Shown here: one piece after another, positions 1 to 12,100 of the stretch
Numbering within the stretch: the first letter of the stretch is position 1
How the letters are laid out: each line of letters opens with the position of its first letter
Source: Macrostomum lignano
Taxonomy: Eukaryota
Direction of reading: 5' to 3'
Length of the DNA stretch: 64,000 nucleotides
Assembly: GCA_002269645.1 (NCBI GenBank)
Contig: NIVC01000199.1
Coordinates: 434,001-498,000 of the forward strand
The notes under the pieces: model-generated
Told to the model about the DNA's origin: nothing
Databases searched by the model: none
The model's input: only the letters and a program-made list of their open reading frames with translations
Made by a program: the position numbers and the translations under genes

Positions 1-40
<40 letters not shown>

Positions 41-41
41 C

Positions 42-92
<51 letters not shown>

Positions 93-143
93 CACAGACA
101 GACAGACAGACAGACAGACACACAGACAGACAGACAGACAGGC

Positions 144-200
<57 letters not shown>

Positions 201-235
201 CACACACAGACAGACAGACACACAGACAGACAGAA
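1..235. repeat. (GACA)n microsatellite
   Basis: Near-perfect GACA run from the window start, with a few CACA/GGCA variants. Confidence 0.98.
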
Positions 236-640
236 TGATGCACCTTTAGTTAGCAGAAAAAATTACAATATAGAATACTGAGACCGCAATAGCCATACCC
301 CTGGCGCTCTAATGCTCATACGCAGCCTCATGTCCTGTGCTTTCGATCAGCTGTTTCATTAATCATGTTGCATAGAACAATAGCGTGTGTTGCACTGCCG
401 CTTGCTGGCAATTTGGGAAGGCTATCAAACCAAAGACAAGAGAATGGTGAGACACTGCAAATTTGCATGAAGTCGGAGGATAAACTTTTAAATAGTTATT
501 AGTGGTCAAAAAGGCTAGGGGATGAGCTTTTTATAATCCGATTTATCTGACAGACATTTTGTATATTTGAAGAAAGACCAGAAACTAGTAATTTTTAGTT
601 GTTGTTTCTGGATTTGGCGAAAAAATATGATAGAATATTA

Positions 641-1470
641 GAGTACATTGAAGGCTGAGTGTACATTGGGGCTGAGTGGAGGGGGGGTGGGGGACTGGCT
701 GGGTGTACATTGGAGCTGAGTGGAGGTGGGTGGAGCAGTGGCTGGGTGTACATTGGAGCTGAGTGGAGGTGGGTGGAGCAGTGGCTGGGTGTACATTGGA
801 GCTGAGTGGAGGTGGGTGGAGCAGTGGCTGGGTGTACATTGGAGCTGAGTGGAGGGGGTGGGGGACTGGCTGGGTGTACATTGGAGCTGAGTGGAGGGGG
901 TGGGGGACTGGCTGGGTGTACATTGGAGCTGAGTGGAGGGGGTGGGGACTGGCTGGGTGTACATTGGGGCTGAGTGGAGGGGGGTGGGGGACTGGCTGGG
1001 TGTACATTGGAGCTGAGTGGAGGGGGTGGGGGACTGGCTGGGTGTACATTGGAGCTGAGTGGAGGGGGTGGGGGACTGGCTGGGTGTACATTGGAGCTGA
1101 GTGGAGGGGGTGGGGGACTGGCTGGGTGTACATTGGAGCTGAGTGGAGGGGGTGGGGGACTGGCTGGGTGTACATTGGGGCTGAGTGGAGGGGGGTGGGG
1201 GACTGGCTGGGTGTACATTGGGGCTGAGTGGAGGGGGGTGGGGGACTGGCTGGGTGTACATTGGAGCTGAGTGGAGGGGGTGGGGGACTGGCTGGGTGTA
1301 CATTGGAGCTGAGTGGAGGGGTGGGGGACTGGCTGGGTGTACATTGGGGCTGAGTGGAGGGGGGTGGGGGACTGGCTGGGTGTACATTGGAGCTGAGTGG
1401 AGGTGGGTGGAGCAGTGGCTGGGTGTACATTGGAGCTGAGTGGAGGTGGGTGGAGCAGTGGCTGGGTGTA
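641..1470. repeat. ~42-bp G-rich minisatellite (GGAGCTGAGTGGAGGGGGTGGGGGACTGGCTGGGTGTACATT), ~20 copies, downstream of the Sox stop
   Basis: Period counted at 841-882; the 14-aa repeats in the ORF track match 42 bp. Confidence 0.95.
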
Positions 1471-1576
1471 CACAGAAACAGAGCGCACAGAGCAGAAAGA
1501 AGCTGATTGTCAAACTCAGTCAAAGACTTCTAGAGAATCCCCGACTATAACAAATCAAGACGCCAATTCAAACAGT

Positions 1577-3363
1577 TCACTGCGGTCGGGGGTTTCCGTA
1601 ACCAATAGAAGCCATCAGACTGCAAATCTGTGGCAGCGGCTGTGGCGGCTGCGGCGGCGGTGGCGGCGGCGGCGGGGACCCAAGAGCAGCCGACATGGCT
1701 GCAGCGACTGTCTGCAAGTAGCAGTTGTACAGAGCGTTGCTGCTGCCGCTAAGTGAACAGCTGGGCAAGATGGGAAGGCTGCGACTTCCCTGCTGCGGTT
1801 GCATTGGCCTAAATTGCTGCTGCTGCTGCTGCTGCTGGCACACGAGCGGCTCCGGCAAGCCGAACATGTGCGGCAGCATGGGCAGAAAGCCTGACATAAA
1901 AAGGATTTTAAAAGATTTTCAAATTTAAAAAATGAACAATGTTTTCATGAATTGTGGGGCAGACAAATGCAGGGAGCAGACTCAGGGATGCAGGGAGCAG
2001 ACTCAGGGATGCAGAGAGCAGACTCAGGGATGCAGGGAGCAGACTCAGGGATGCAGGGAGCAGACTCAGGGATGCAGAGAGCAGACTCAGGGATGCAGGG
2101 AGCAGACTCAGGGATGCAGGGAGCAGACTCAGGGATGCAGAGAGCAGACTCAGAGATGCAGGGAGCAGACTCAGGGATGCAGAGAGCAGACTCAGGGATG
2201 CAGGGAACAGACTCAGGGATGCAGAGAGCAGACTCAGGGATGCAGGGAACAGACTCAGGGATGCAGGGAGCAGACTTAGGGATGCAGGGAGCAGACTCAG
2301 AGATGCAGGGAGCAGACTCAGGGATGCAGAGAGCAGACTTAGGGATGCAGGGAGCAGACTTAGGGATGCAGGGAGCAGACTCAGGGATGCAGAGAGCAGA
2401 CTTAGGGATGCAGGGAGCAGACTCAGGGATGCAAGGAGCAGACTCAGGGATACAGGGAGCAGACTCAGAGATGCAGGGAACAGACTCAGGGATGCAAGGA
2501 GCAGACTCAGGGATACAGGGAGCAGACTCAGAGATGCAGGGAGCAGACTCAGATATGCAGGGAGCAGACTCAGGGATGCAGGGAGCAGACTCAGAGATGC
2601 AGGGAGCAGACTCAGATATGCAGGGAGCAGACTCAGGGATGCAGGGAGCAGACTCAGATATGCAGGGAGCAGACTCAGGGATGCAGGGAGCAGACTTAAG
2701 TATGCAGGGAGCAGACGCAGGGAGCAGGGGAGACTCACCAGGCACGCCAGTCATCCCGCCAAAGCAGGCCCGCCTGTCCATCTCGGCGGCAGCAACAGCG
2801 GCGGCAGCGGCGGCGGCAGCGGCTGCGGAGTTGGCGGTGGAGCAGCGAGCTCGGCGCCTTGGCCGGTACTTGTAGCCCGGATGCGCCCGCATATGATCCT
2901 GCCGCAGCCTCCGGGCCTCATCAACAAAGGGCCGCTTATCCGAGTCGGTCATGCAGCGCCACTGCAGTCCCAACTGCTTGCTGATCTCGGAGTTGTGCAG
3001 CCGCGGATTCGCTCTGGCAAGAAGGCGGCGCTGACTGCGGCTCCACACCATGAAGGCATTCATGGGTCGCTTGACTCGACTGTCTGGCCGCTGCTCGTCC
3101 GGGCAGCCGCCACCGGTGTTGCTGTTTTTGATTTCTTCGGCAAAGTGTGAGGGAAGCGGGATCTCAGGTCCCGCCAGCAGCTGAGCGGCTTCGAAAGAAT
3201 TCGGCTGTCGCTGCTGCTGCATGGCTGGCGTTCTTCTGGCTTTCTTCTGGCTTTCTTCTGGCTTTCTTCTGGCTTGGCTAAACGCATTTGAAGCGGCAAC
3301 TGGCGCGTCCATAGGCTTGGACGAATTCCAATTGGCTGTCCGATTGGCAAGGACTACTAACAT
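1577..3363 (-). CDS. SoxB-like HMG-box transcription factor, 2 exons: 3363-2739 and 1890-1577
   Basis: HMG box [18 protein letters not shown]...[10 protein letters not shown]...[11 protein letters not shown]...YKYRPRRR. Donor G|GTGAGT at 2738 and acceptor TGTCAG| at 1891 are both phase 1 and join in frame (G+GC=Gly) to a Q/P/S-rich tail. The start could be 3363 or a downstream ATG. Confidence 0.9.
1967..2728. repeat. 21-bp minisatellite (TGCAGGGAGCAGACTCAGGGA) filling the Sox intron, ~36 copies
   Basis: 7-aa repeats (ESAPCIP etc.) in several frames; lies wholly between the donor at 2738 and the acceptor at 1891. Confidence 0.95.
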
Positions 3364-3477
3364 TAAGCCTCATGGACTGGACGCTTCTGGGTAAAATTTC
3401 TGAGTGGCCTGAATTTTTAATAAGCATTTCAATGTAGAGCTCACTTATGCGAACTATCAATTGTATAGTCTGAATAT

Positions 3478-4738
3478 TCTTGTTGTGAAGATTCTATAGT
3501 TTGTGAAGATTCTATAGTTTGTGAATATTCTATAGTTTGTGAATATTCTATAGTTTGTGAATATTCTATAGTTTGTGAATATTCTATAGTTTGTGAAGAT
3601 TCTATAGTTTGTGAAGATTCTATAGTTTGTGAATATTGTATAGTTTGTGAATATTGTATAGTTTGTGAAGATTCTATAGTTTGTAAAGATTCTATAGTTT
3701 GTGAATATTCTATAGTTTGTGAATATTCTATAGTTTGTGAAGATTCTATAGTTTGTGAAGATTCTATAGTTTGTGAAGATTCTATATAGTTTGTGAAGAT
3801 TCTATAGTTTGTGAAGATTCTATACTTTGTGAAGATTCTATAGTTTGTGAAGATTCTATATAGTTTGTGAATATTCTATAGTTTGTGAAGATTCTATAGT
3901 TTGTGAAGATTCTATATAGTTTGTGAATATTCTATAGTTTATGAAGATTCTATAGTTTGTGAAGATTCTATAGTTTGTGAAGATTCTATATAGTTTGTGA
4001 ATATTCTATAGTTTATGAAGATTCTATAGTTTGTGAAGATTCTATAGTTTGTGAAGATTCTATAGTTTGTGAAGATTCTATAGTTTGTGAATATTGTATA
4101 GTTTGTGAAGATTCTATAGTTTGTGAATATTCTATAGTTTGTGAATATTCTATAGTTTGTGAAGATTCTATAGTTTGTGAAGATTCTATAGTTTGTGAAG
4201 ATTCTATAGTTTGTGAAAATTCTATATAGTTTGTGAATATTCTATAGTTTGTGAAGATTCTATAGTTTGTGAAGATTCTATAGTTTGTGAATATTCTATA
4301 GTTTGTGAAGATTCTATAGTTTGTGAATATTCTATAGTTTGTGAAGATTCTATAGTTTGTGAAAATTCTATATAGTTTGTGAATATTCTATAGTTTGTGA
4401 AGATTCTATAGTTTGTGAAGATTCTATAGTTTGTGAACAAACTATAGTTTGTGAAGATTCTATAGTTTGTGAATATTCTATAGTTTGTGAATATTCTATA
4501 GTTAGTGAAGATTCTATATAGTTTGTGAATATTCTATAGTTTGTGAAGATTCTATAGTTTGTGAATATTCTATAGTTTGTGAAGATTCTATAGTTTGGGA
4601 AGATTCTATAGTTTTTTAATATTCTATAGTTTGTGAAGATTCTACGAATATAGTTTGTAAAGATTTTATAGTTTGTAAAGATTCTATAGGTTGTTAAGAT
4701 TCTATAGTTTGTGAAGATTCTATAGGTAGTGAATATTT
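3478..4738. repeat. 18-bp AT-rich minisatellite (ATTCTATAGTTTGTGAAG) upstream of Sox
   Basis: Direct reading; IFTNYR 6-aa repeat in the ORF track. Confidence 0.96.
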
Positions 4739-5644
4739 TTAGGCTTAAAAGTAAAGGAGAAGGAAATTTCCACATTATAATTAGCTAATACTCATTGAAC
4801 AATAAGAGTTGTTAAAATGGATTTGCAATTAAACCATGTTTTTCAGCACAGCCGCATGCGTTGTCTGCCCAAGGCAAGCCAAGAAACTTGACACACAGAA
4901 GATATTTATTATCGACCTGTCAAGACAGATTGAACTCGAGTTAATCTGCTCGAGAATCGAGTCATCTGTTGCCTATAATTGTTAATAATAGCTCGTAATA
5001 ATCTATGAAGTTCTTTCTATTGTCCAGAGTAAGCAACAATTTAAATGTTAGAGAGGATTGATTCACGCATGCAAATCGCTATGCTTTGTACCCCCGTCGA
5101 TAAACTTATCAAACGGACTGGTATTTGACAGCTGTGTTACACAGAGTGTAGCCTTGCTGAAGTGTTGACCAGTATCACAGGATTATTGACAAAATTTTGA
5201 AACGAAAATCTGCTTCAATTCCACTATAGCTATTTATAGTGTGATAAGTGTCGTATATTGTGACAGCGACACTCTGCAAAGTGAAGTGCTGCTTCTTTTG
5301 TTGTCCCAGTTGCTATCGCATGCAGGCTTCTTACTTGACTGAAAATCATACAAAATACTTCTCCCGTCAATGACTAGATGACAATCTTAATAACAGCTCT
5401 AGATGTTTAGGAGTGTCCATGCAGGTAGGGTAAGTGTGGGCTAAAGTGGGTCCTTGTTGTCTCAAAACTGGATGCATGAATGACAATTTGGGAGCTGGGA
5501 TGAATGTTTTTAGGTAAATGTAGAAAACTGATTGCTTTATTATTCCGTAAAATATTCCATCAATTTTTGTGTGACATTGATAGCTGGATAGCTTATTAAA
5601 GCTAAGCTGAGAAATTCTAAGTTATTCCACCTGAGGAAATCCAT

Positions 5645-6815
5645 GATATTCCATCTGGATAACTCTATGGCATTCTATATTCCATCTGGATAACTCTATG
5701 GCATTCTATATTCCATCTGGATAACTCTATGGCATTCTATATTCCATCTGGATAACTCTATGGCATTCTAAATTCCACCTGGATAACTCTATGGCATTCT
5801 ATATTCCACCTGGATAACTCTATGGCATTCTATATTCCACCTGGATAACTCTATGGCATTCTATATTCCACCTGGATAACTCTATGGCATTATATATTCC
5901 ACCTGGATAACTCTATGGCATTCTATATTCCACCTGGATAACTCTATGGCATTCTATATTCCACCTGGATAACTCTATGGCATTCTATATTCCACCTGGA
6001 TAACTCTATGGCATTCTATATTCCACCTGGATAACTCTATGGCATTCTATATTCCACCTGGATAACTCTATGGCATTCTATATTCCACCTGGATAACTCT
6101 ATGGCATTCTATATTCCACCTGGATAACTCTATGGCATTCTATATTCCACGTGGATAACTCTATGGCATTCTATATTCCACCTGGATAACTCTATGGCAT
6201 TCTATATTCCACCTGGATAACTCTATGGCATTCTATATTCCACCTGGATAACTCTATGGCATTCTATATTCCACCTGGATAACTCTATGGCATTCTATAT
6301 TCCACCTGGATAACTCTATGGCATTCTATATTCCACCTGGATAACTCTATGGCATTCTATATTCCACCTGGATAACTCTATGGCATTCTATATTCCACCT
6401 GGATAACTCTATGGCATTCTATATTCCACGTGGATAACTCTATGGCATTCTATATTCCACCTGGATAACTCTATGGCATTCTATATTCCACCTGGATAAC
6501 TCTATGGCATTCTATATTCCACCTGGATAACTCTATGGCATTCTATATTCCACCTGGATAACTCTATGGCATTCTATATTCCACCTGGATAACTCTATGG
6601 CATTCTATATTCCACCTGGATAACTCTATGGCATTCTATATTCCACCTGGATAACTCTATGGCATTCTATATTCCACCTGGATAACTCTATGGCATTCTA
6701 TATTCCACGTGGATAACTCTATGGCATTCTATATTCCACCTGGATAACTCTATGGCATTCTATATTCCACCTGGATAACTCTATGGCATTCTATATTCCA
6801 CCTGGATAACACTTA
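5645..6815. repeat. Highly homogeneous 31-bp minisatellite (TATTCCACCTGGATAACTCTATGGCATTCTA), ~37 copies
   Basis: Period 31 (TATGGCATT at 5821 and 5852). Confidence 0.97.
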
Positions 6816-7394
6816 AGGTATTCCACCCGTGGAAAGAGTCAATATTTTATTTAAAAAATGACAGCGGCTAAAAAATTCACTTTCAATGAAAGTAAAAAGC
6901 ATTCCAGCTCAACTCAGTGAAGAGCCAATTATTTCAATTGGGGCTTAATGGAAATAAAAAATATTGACCCTCTTGCTACTCAATAGACCACAGAGCTTTC
7001 AATGCTGCATAAATTCTAACCTGCCAAGAAAATTGACAGCTGATCAGCCACCTGCACCCTGGATGGCTCTTGACGCATTGAATCATCAATACAGTCACAA
7101 TATAAAATAGTCCCATATCAGCATCAGCAGTCATTTATCATCTCAATGATTAATGTTCAGACTGAGCTGCAATTATCAAGTGCTATACTTCTCTCTATTA
7201 AATTTTAAGCATTTTAGTGGCAACTGACTATCAATCAATCAATCAATTACCAGTATTTGCCAATGCCAACGCAGCAGTAATCCACTTCATTTGCTGCATC
7301 ATAAAACAGTGGACAAGGCTAGAGGAAAGTAATTATTGAAATCAGCGATACTCACTATGAGTCTGGACTCAACTTGAAGTGACAGCAACAGCAA

Positions 7395-9903
7395 ATTTGG
7401 AGTGAAAAAAAGTGAATTCGGAGTGAAATCAAGAGTGAATATGGAGTGAAATCAAGAGTGAATTTGGAGTGACATCAAGAGTGAATTTGGAGTGACAAAA
7501 GTGAATTTGGAGTGAAATCAAGAGTGAATATGGAGTGAAATCAAGAGTGAATTTGGAGTGACATCAAGAGTGAATTTGGAGTGACATCAAGAGTGAATTT
7601 GGAGTGAAATCAAGAGTGAATCTGAAGTGACATCAAGAGTGAATCTGGAGTGACATCAAGAGTGAATCTGGAGTGACATCAAGAGTGAATATGGAGTGAC
7701 ATCAAGAGTGAATATGGAGTGAAATCAAGAGTGAATCTGGAGTGACATCAAGAGTGAATCTGGAGTGACATCAAGAGTGAATCTGGAGTGACATCAAGAG
7801 TGAATCTGGAGTGACATCAAGAGTGAATATGGAGTGACATCAAGAGTGAATATGGAGTGAAATCAAGAGTGAATTTGGAGTGACATCAAGAGTGAATCTG
7901 GAGTGACATCAAGAGTGAACTTGGAGTGACATCGAGAGTGAACTTGGAGTGACATCAAGAGTGAATTTGGAGTGACATTAAGAGTGAATCTGGAGTGACA
8001 TCAAGAGTGAATATGGAGTGAAATCAAGAGTGAATATGAAGTGAAATCAAGAGCGAATATGGAGTGACATCAAGAGTGAATTTGGAGTGAAATCAAGAGT
8101 GAATTTGGAGTGAAATCAAGAGTGAATTTGGAGTGAAATCAAGAGTGAATTTGGAGTGACATCAAGAGTGAATTTGGAGTGACATCAAGAGTGAATATGG
8201 AGTGAAATCAAGAGTGAATATGGAGTGACATCAAGAGTGAATTTGGAGTGACATCAAGAGTGAATCTGGAGTGACATCAAGAGTGAATATGGAGTGAAAT
8301 CAAGAGTGAATATGGAGTGACATCAAGAGTGAATTTGGAGTGACATCAAGAGTGAATCTGGAGTGACATCAAGAGTGAACTTGGAGTGACATCAAGAGTG
8401 AACTTGGAGTGACATCAAGAGTGAATTTGGAGTGACATTAAGAGTGAATCTGGAGTGACATCAAGAGTGAATATGGAGTGACATCAAGAGTGAATATGGA
8501 GTGAAATCAAGAGTGAATTTGGAGTAACATCAAGAGTGAATTTGGAGTGACATCAAGAGTGAATATGGAGTGAAATCAAGAGTGAATTTGGAGTAACATC
8601 AAGAGTGAATTTGGAGTGACATCAAGAGTGAATTTGGAGTGACATCAAGAGTGAATATGGAGTGAAATCAAGAGTGAATATGGAGTGAAATCAAGAGTGA
8701 ATTTGGAGTGAAATTAAGAGTGGATTTGGAGTGACATCAAGAGTGAATATGGAGTGACATCAAGAGTGAATATGGAGTGAAATTAAAAGTGAATTTGGAT
8801 TGAAATCAAGAGTGAATTTGGAGTGAAATCAAGAGTGAATTTGGAGTGAAATCAAGAGTGAATTTGGAGTGACATCAAGAGTGAATTTGGAGTGACATCA
8901 AGAGTGAATATGGAGTGAAATCAAGAGTGAATATGGAGTGAAATCAAGAGTGAATTTAGAGTGAAATCAAGAGTGAATCTGGAGTGACATCAAGAGTGAA
9001 TATGGAGTGAAATCAAGAGTGAATATGAAGTGAAATCAAGAGCGAATATGGAGTGACATCAAGAGTGAATTTGGAGTGAAATCAAGAGTGAATTTGGAGT
9101 GAAATCAAGAGTGAATTTGGAGTGAAATCAAGAGTGAATTTGGAGTGAAATCAAGAGTGAATTTGGAGTGAAATCAAGAGTGAATTCGGAGTGACATCAA
9201 GAGTGAATTTAGAGTGACATCAAGAGTGAATTTGGAGTGACATCAAGAGTGAATCTGGAGTGACATCAAGAGTGAATTTGGAGTGACATCAAGAGTGAAT
9301 TTGGAGTGAGATCAAGAGTGAATTTGGAGTGACATCAAGAGTGAATTTAGAGTGAAATCAAGAGAGAGTATGGAGTGAAATCAAGAGTGAATTTGGAGTG
9401 ACATCAAGAGTGAATCTGGAGTGACATCAAGAGTGAACTTGGAGTGACATCAAGAGTGAACTTGGAGTGACATCAAGAGTGAATTTGGAGTGACATCAAG
9501 AGTGAATCTGGAGTGACATCAAGAGTGAATATGGAGTGAAATCAAGAGTGAATTTGGAGTGAAATCAAGTGTGAATTTGGAGTAACATCAAGAGTGAATT
9601 TGGAGTGACATCAAGAGTGAATATGGAGTGAAATCAAGAGTGAATATGGAGTGAAATCAAGAGTGAATATGGAGTGAAATTAAGAGTGGATTTGGAGTGA
9701 CATCAAGAGTGAATATGGAGTGACATCAAGAGTGAATATGGAGTGAAATTAAAAGTGAATTTGGAGTGAAATCAAGAGTGAATATGGAGTGAAATCAAGA
9801 GTGAATATGGAGTGAAATCAAGAGTGAATTTGGAGTGAAATTAAGAGTGGATTTGGAGTGACATCAAGAGTGAATTTGGAGTGACATCAAGGGTGAATCT
9901 GGA
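7395..9903. repeat. 23-bp minisatellite (ACATCAAGAGTGAATTTGGAGTG), >100 copies
   Basis: Period 23 (ACATCAA at 7561 and 7584). Confidence 0.97.
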
Positions 9904-10145
9904 CAATGTGATCCTAATCCCCTAATTGCAGCCAGGTTCGAACGCAGAAAAAGAAGAAGACAAAAAACGCACACGGAGACAATTTGCTTCCAAGAAAGTG
10001 ATCTTTAATGGCCAAGTGGCCACAACATCGGTCTGTGTTTATTTCGGACAACAGATTCAGTTGCTCATTAGTCCAGCCAAAACAAGCACGCGCACAAACA
10101 AGCAGCCAGCATAGACGACTGTCAGCACAGCGAATAAGATTTTCT

Positions 10146-11801
10146 TTACTCTTTCTGGCCCTTGTCGATGACCACCTTGGTGCCGCGGAGGCGACCGGTG
10201 CGTCTGGCGGCGATCAGGCCGACCTTACGACCGGCGCTGGTGTCCCGGCGGATGGTGCTCGGTTTGCCGATGTGCTGGTGGTTGCCGCCGCCGAACGGAT
10301 GGTCCACCGGGTTCATGCAGACGCCGCGCACTTTTGGCCAGCAGTTGCGCTTCACCTTGAACTTCCAGTAGGCCCGGCCGGCCTTCATGATCGGCTTGTC
10401 AATGCGACCGCCGCCGGCTACGATGCCTAGGATGGGATTATGCGATGGGATCATATAATTGGATCATAGGATGGGATCATAGAATGGGATGATAGGACGA
10501 GATCATGGGATGGGATCATAGAATGAGGATCATAGAATTGGGATCGAAGAATGGGATGATAGGACGAGATCATGGGATGGGATCATAGAATGAGGATCAT
10601 AGAATTGGGATCAAAGAATGGGATTAAAGTATGGGATCATAGAATGGGATCAAACTATGGGATCATAGAATGGGATCATAGGATGGGATCATGGGATCGA
10701 ATCATAGAATGGGATCATAGGAAGGGATTTCAACTGTCTGAGTTTATTACACCTGAGCAATTCAGGTGTAGTTTAATTGCTCACAAGTCTTCCCCAACTC
10801 TCTGAAAGGAACACCAGCACTCACCAATCATAGCCCGACAGGCGGACGGCACAATCTTCTTGGCTCCGCTGGGCAGCTTCATGCGCGATCTTTTAGTCTC
10901 CGGATTGTGCGCGATCAGGGTGGCATAGTTGCCCGAAGCCTTGGCTAAGCGGCCGCGATCGCCGGCCTTCTCTTCAACGCAGCAGATGATGGCGCCTTCG
11001 GGCATCGCGCCCAGTGGCAGGATGTTGCCGACCTGCAGCTTGGCTGCCCGTTTTTTTTCAGGCGATGTAGAAAGAGGGTGGATTTTAACCATTATTATTC
11101 GCGATACCCTACTCACAGGCTACTTGTAAGTAGTAAAATAAACATTTCTTTCTAGAAAAAATATCAGTGCTTATTTTTTCAAATATAGCATTTTGTTATT
11201 CTTATCATTTGGCCAAGTATAAATCCACAAGGATAAATACAGCCGATCAGATCAAAGTGTAGTGCGAGGCATCATATTAGGGAATGTCAGTCAGTCAGTC
11301 AGTCAATCAGTCAGTCAATCAGTCAGTCAATCAGTCAATCAGTCAGTCAGTCAGTCAATCAGTCAGTCAGTCAGTCAGTCAGTCAGTCAGTCAATCAGTC
11401 AGTCAGTCAGTCAATCAGTCAGTCAGTCAATCAGTCAGTCAGTCAGTCAGTCAGTCAGTCAGTCAGTCAGTCAGTCAGTCTCAGTCAGTCAGTCAGTCAG
11501 TCAGAGGCAGCACTAACGCACCCTTCTTGCCGCAGTAGATGAACTGTCCAGTGTGGACACCCTCGGCGGCCACAAAAGTCTCGGTGACCTGACGGTATCG
11601 GTAGGGATCGCGGAATGCCACCTTGGCCAGGGGAGCGCCGCGGCCGGGGTCGTGGATAATATCCCTAACCACACCCTTGATGTAGCCGTTGCGCTCGGCA
11701 AAGTCTATCGGCCTAAGCCGGGCGGCACCCTTGCGACGCTTGGTGTGCGAGCGGAACACACTGCCGGCTCCTTTGCGCTGCGAGCGAATCACGCGCCCCA
11801 T
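10146..11801 (-). CDS. RPL8: 60S ribosomal protein L8 (uL2), 3 exons: 11801-11522, 11043-10825, 10426-10146; 259 aa
   Basis: [19 protein letters not shown]...[11 protein letters not shown]...[12 protein letters not shown]...[26 protein letters not shown]. Both introns are GT-AG phase 1, and the exons sum to 780 nt. Confidence 0.98.
10430..10725. repeat. Degenerate GGATCATAGAATG/ATGGG repeat in RPL8 intron 2
   Basis: Repeated atgggatcatagaatggg motif. Confidence 0.9.
11286..11503. repeat. (TCAG)n microsatellite in RPL8 intron 1
   Basis: Direct reading. Confidence 0.97.
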
Positions 11802-11904
11802 GTCTGGAAGGCATTCATGCGCTAATTTAGATATCTAATATGCCTCCGTTTATTTGACAAGCTGGGTCTAAATTCAGGATGCTATTGTAAATAATCTAAT
11901 TAAT

Positions 11905-12100
11905 AATACGAGTTTATTACAACCTGCCCTAATGGGCCAAATGTGCAACCGATAGCTCAGCCGCAGCTATTGCGCAGCGCATCTGAAAACTGCGTACGGC
12001 TGTTCAGTCCAAGGACTGGGGGGTTGCCACACACCCTCAATTACCCCAGAGAATGCTTGCTGGCACCCATTTTACAGCTGGGTGAACTGAAGCAATGCAC
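11905..12100 (-). mobile_element. 5'-truncated copy of a tRNA-derived SINE family (other copies at ~45.0, 47.8 and 58.6 kb)
   Basis: Shares gctcagccgcagctattgcgc...ctgttcagtccaaggactgggggg...gcacccattttacagctgggtgaactgaag with the full copy at 58625-58927. Confidence 0.85.

Noticed and set aside
585-1523. Long Pro/His-rich ORFs in several frames
   Set aside because: Translations of the 42-bp minisatellite; open in multiple frames on both strands with no domain.
1908-3150. Overlapping 115-398 aa ORFs (LLPASLS, QGADSG, DAGSRLR repeats)
   Set aside because: Alternative frames of the 21-bp intronic repeat and antisense of the Sox exon.
5645-9903. Regular direct repeats as a possible CRISPR array
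   Set aside because: Contiguous tandem monomers with no unique spacers, eukaryotic context, no cas genes.
7395-9903. ACATCAAGAG as a TCF/LEF site cluster
   Set aside because: Does not match the ACATCAAAG core; no supporting evidence.
10008-10430. 140-aa + strand ORF, and similar antisense ORFs over RPL8, CPQ, GT and IRF exons
   Set aside because: Shadow ORFs of GC-rich coding exons on the opposite strand.
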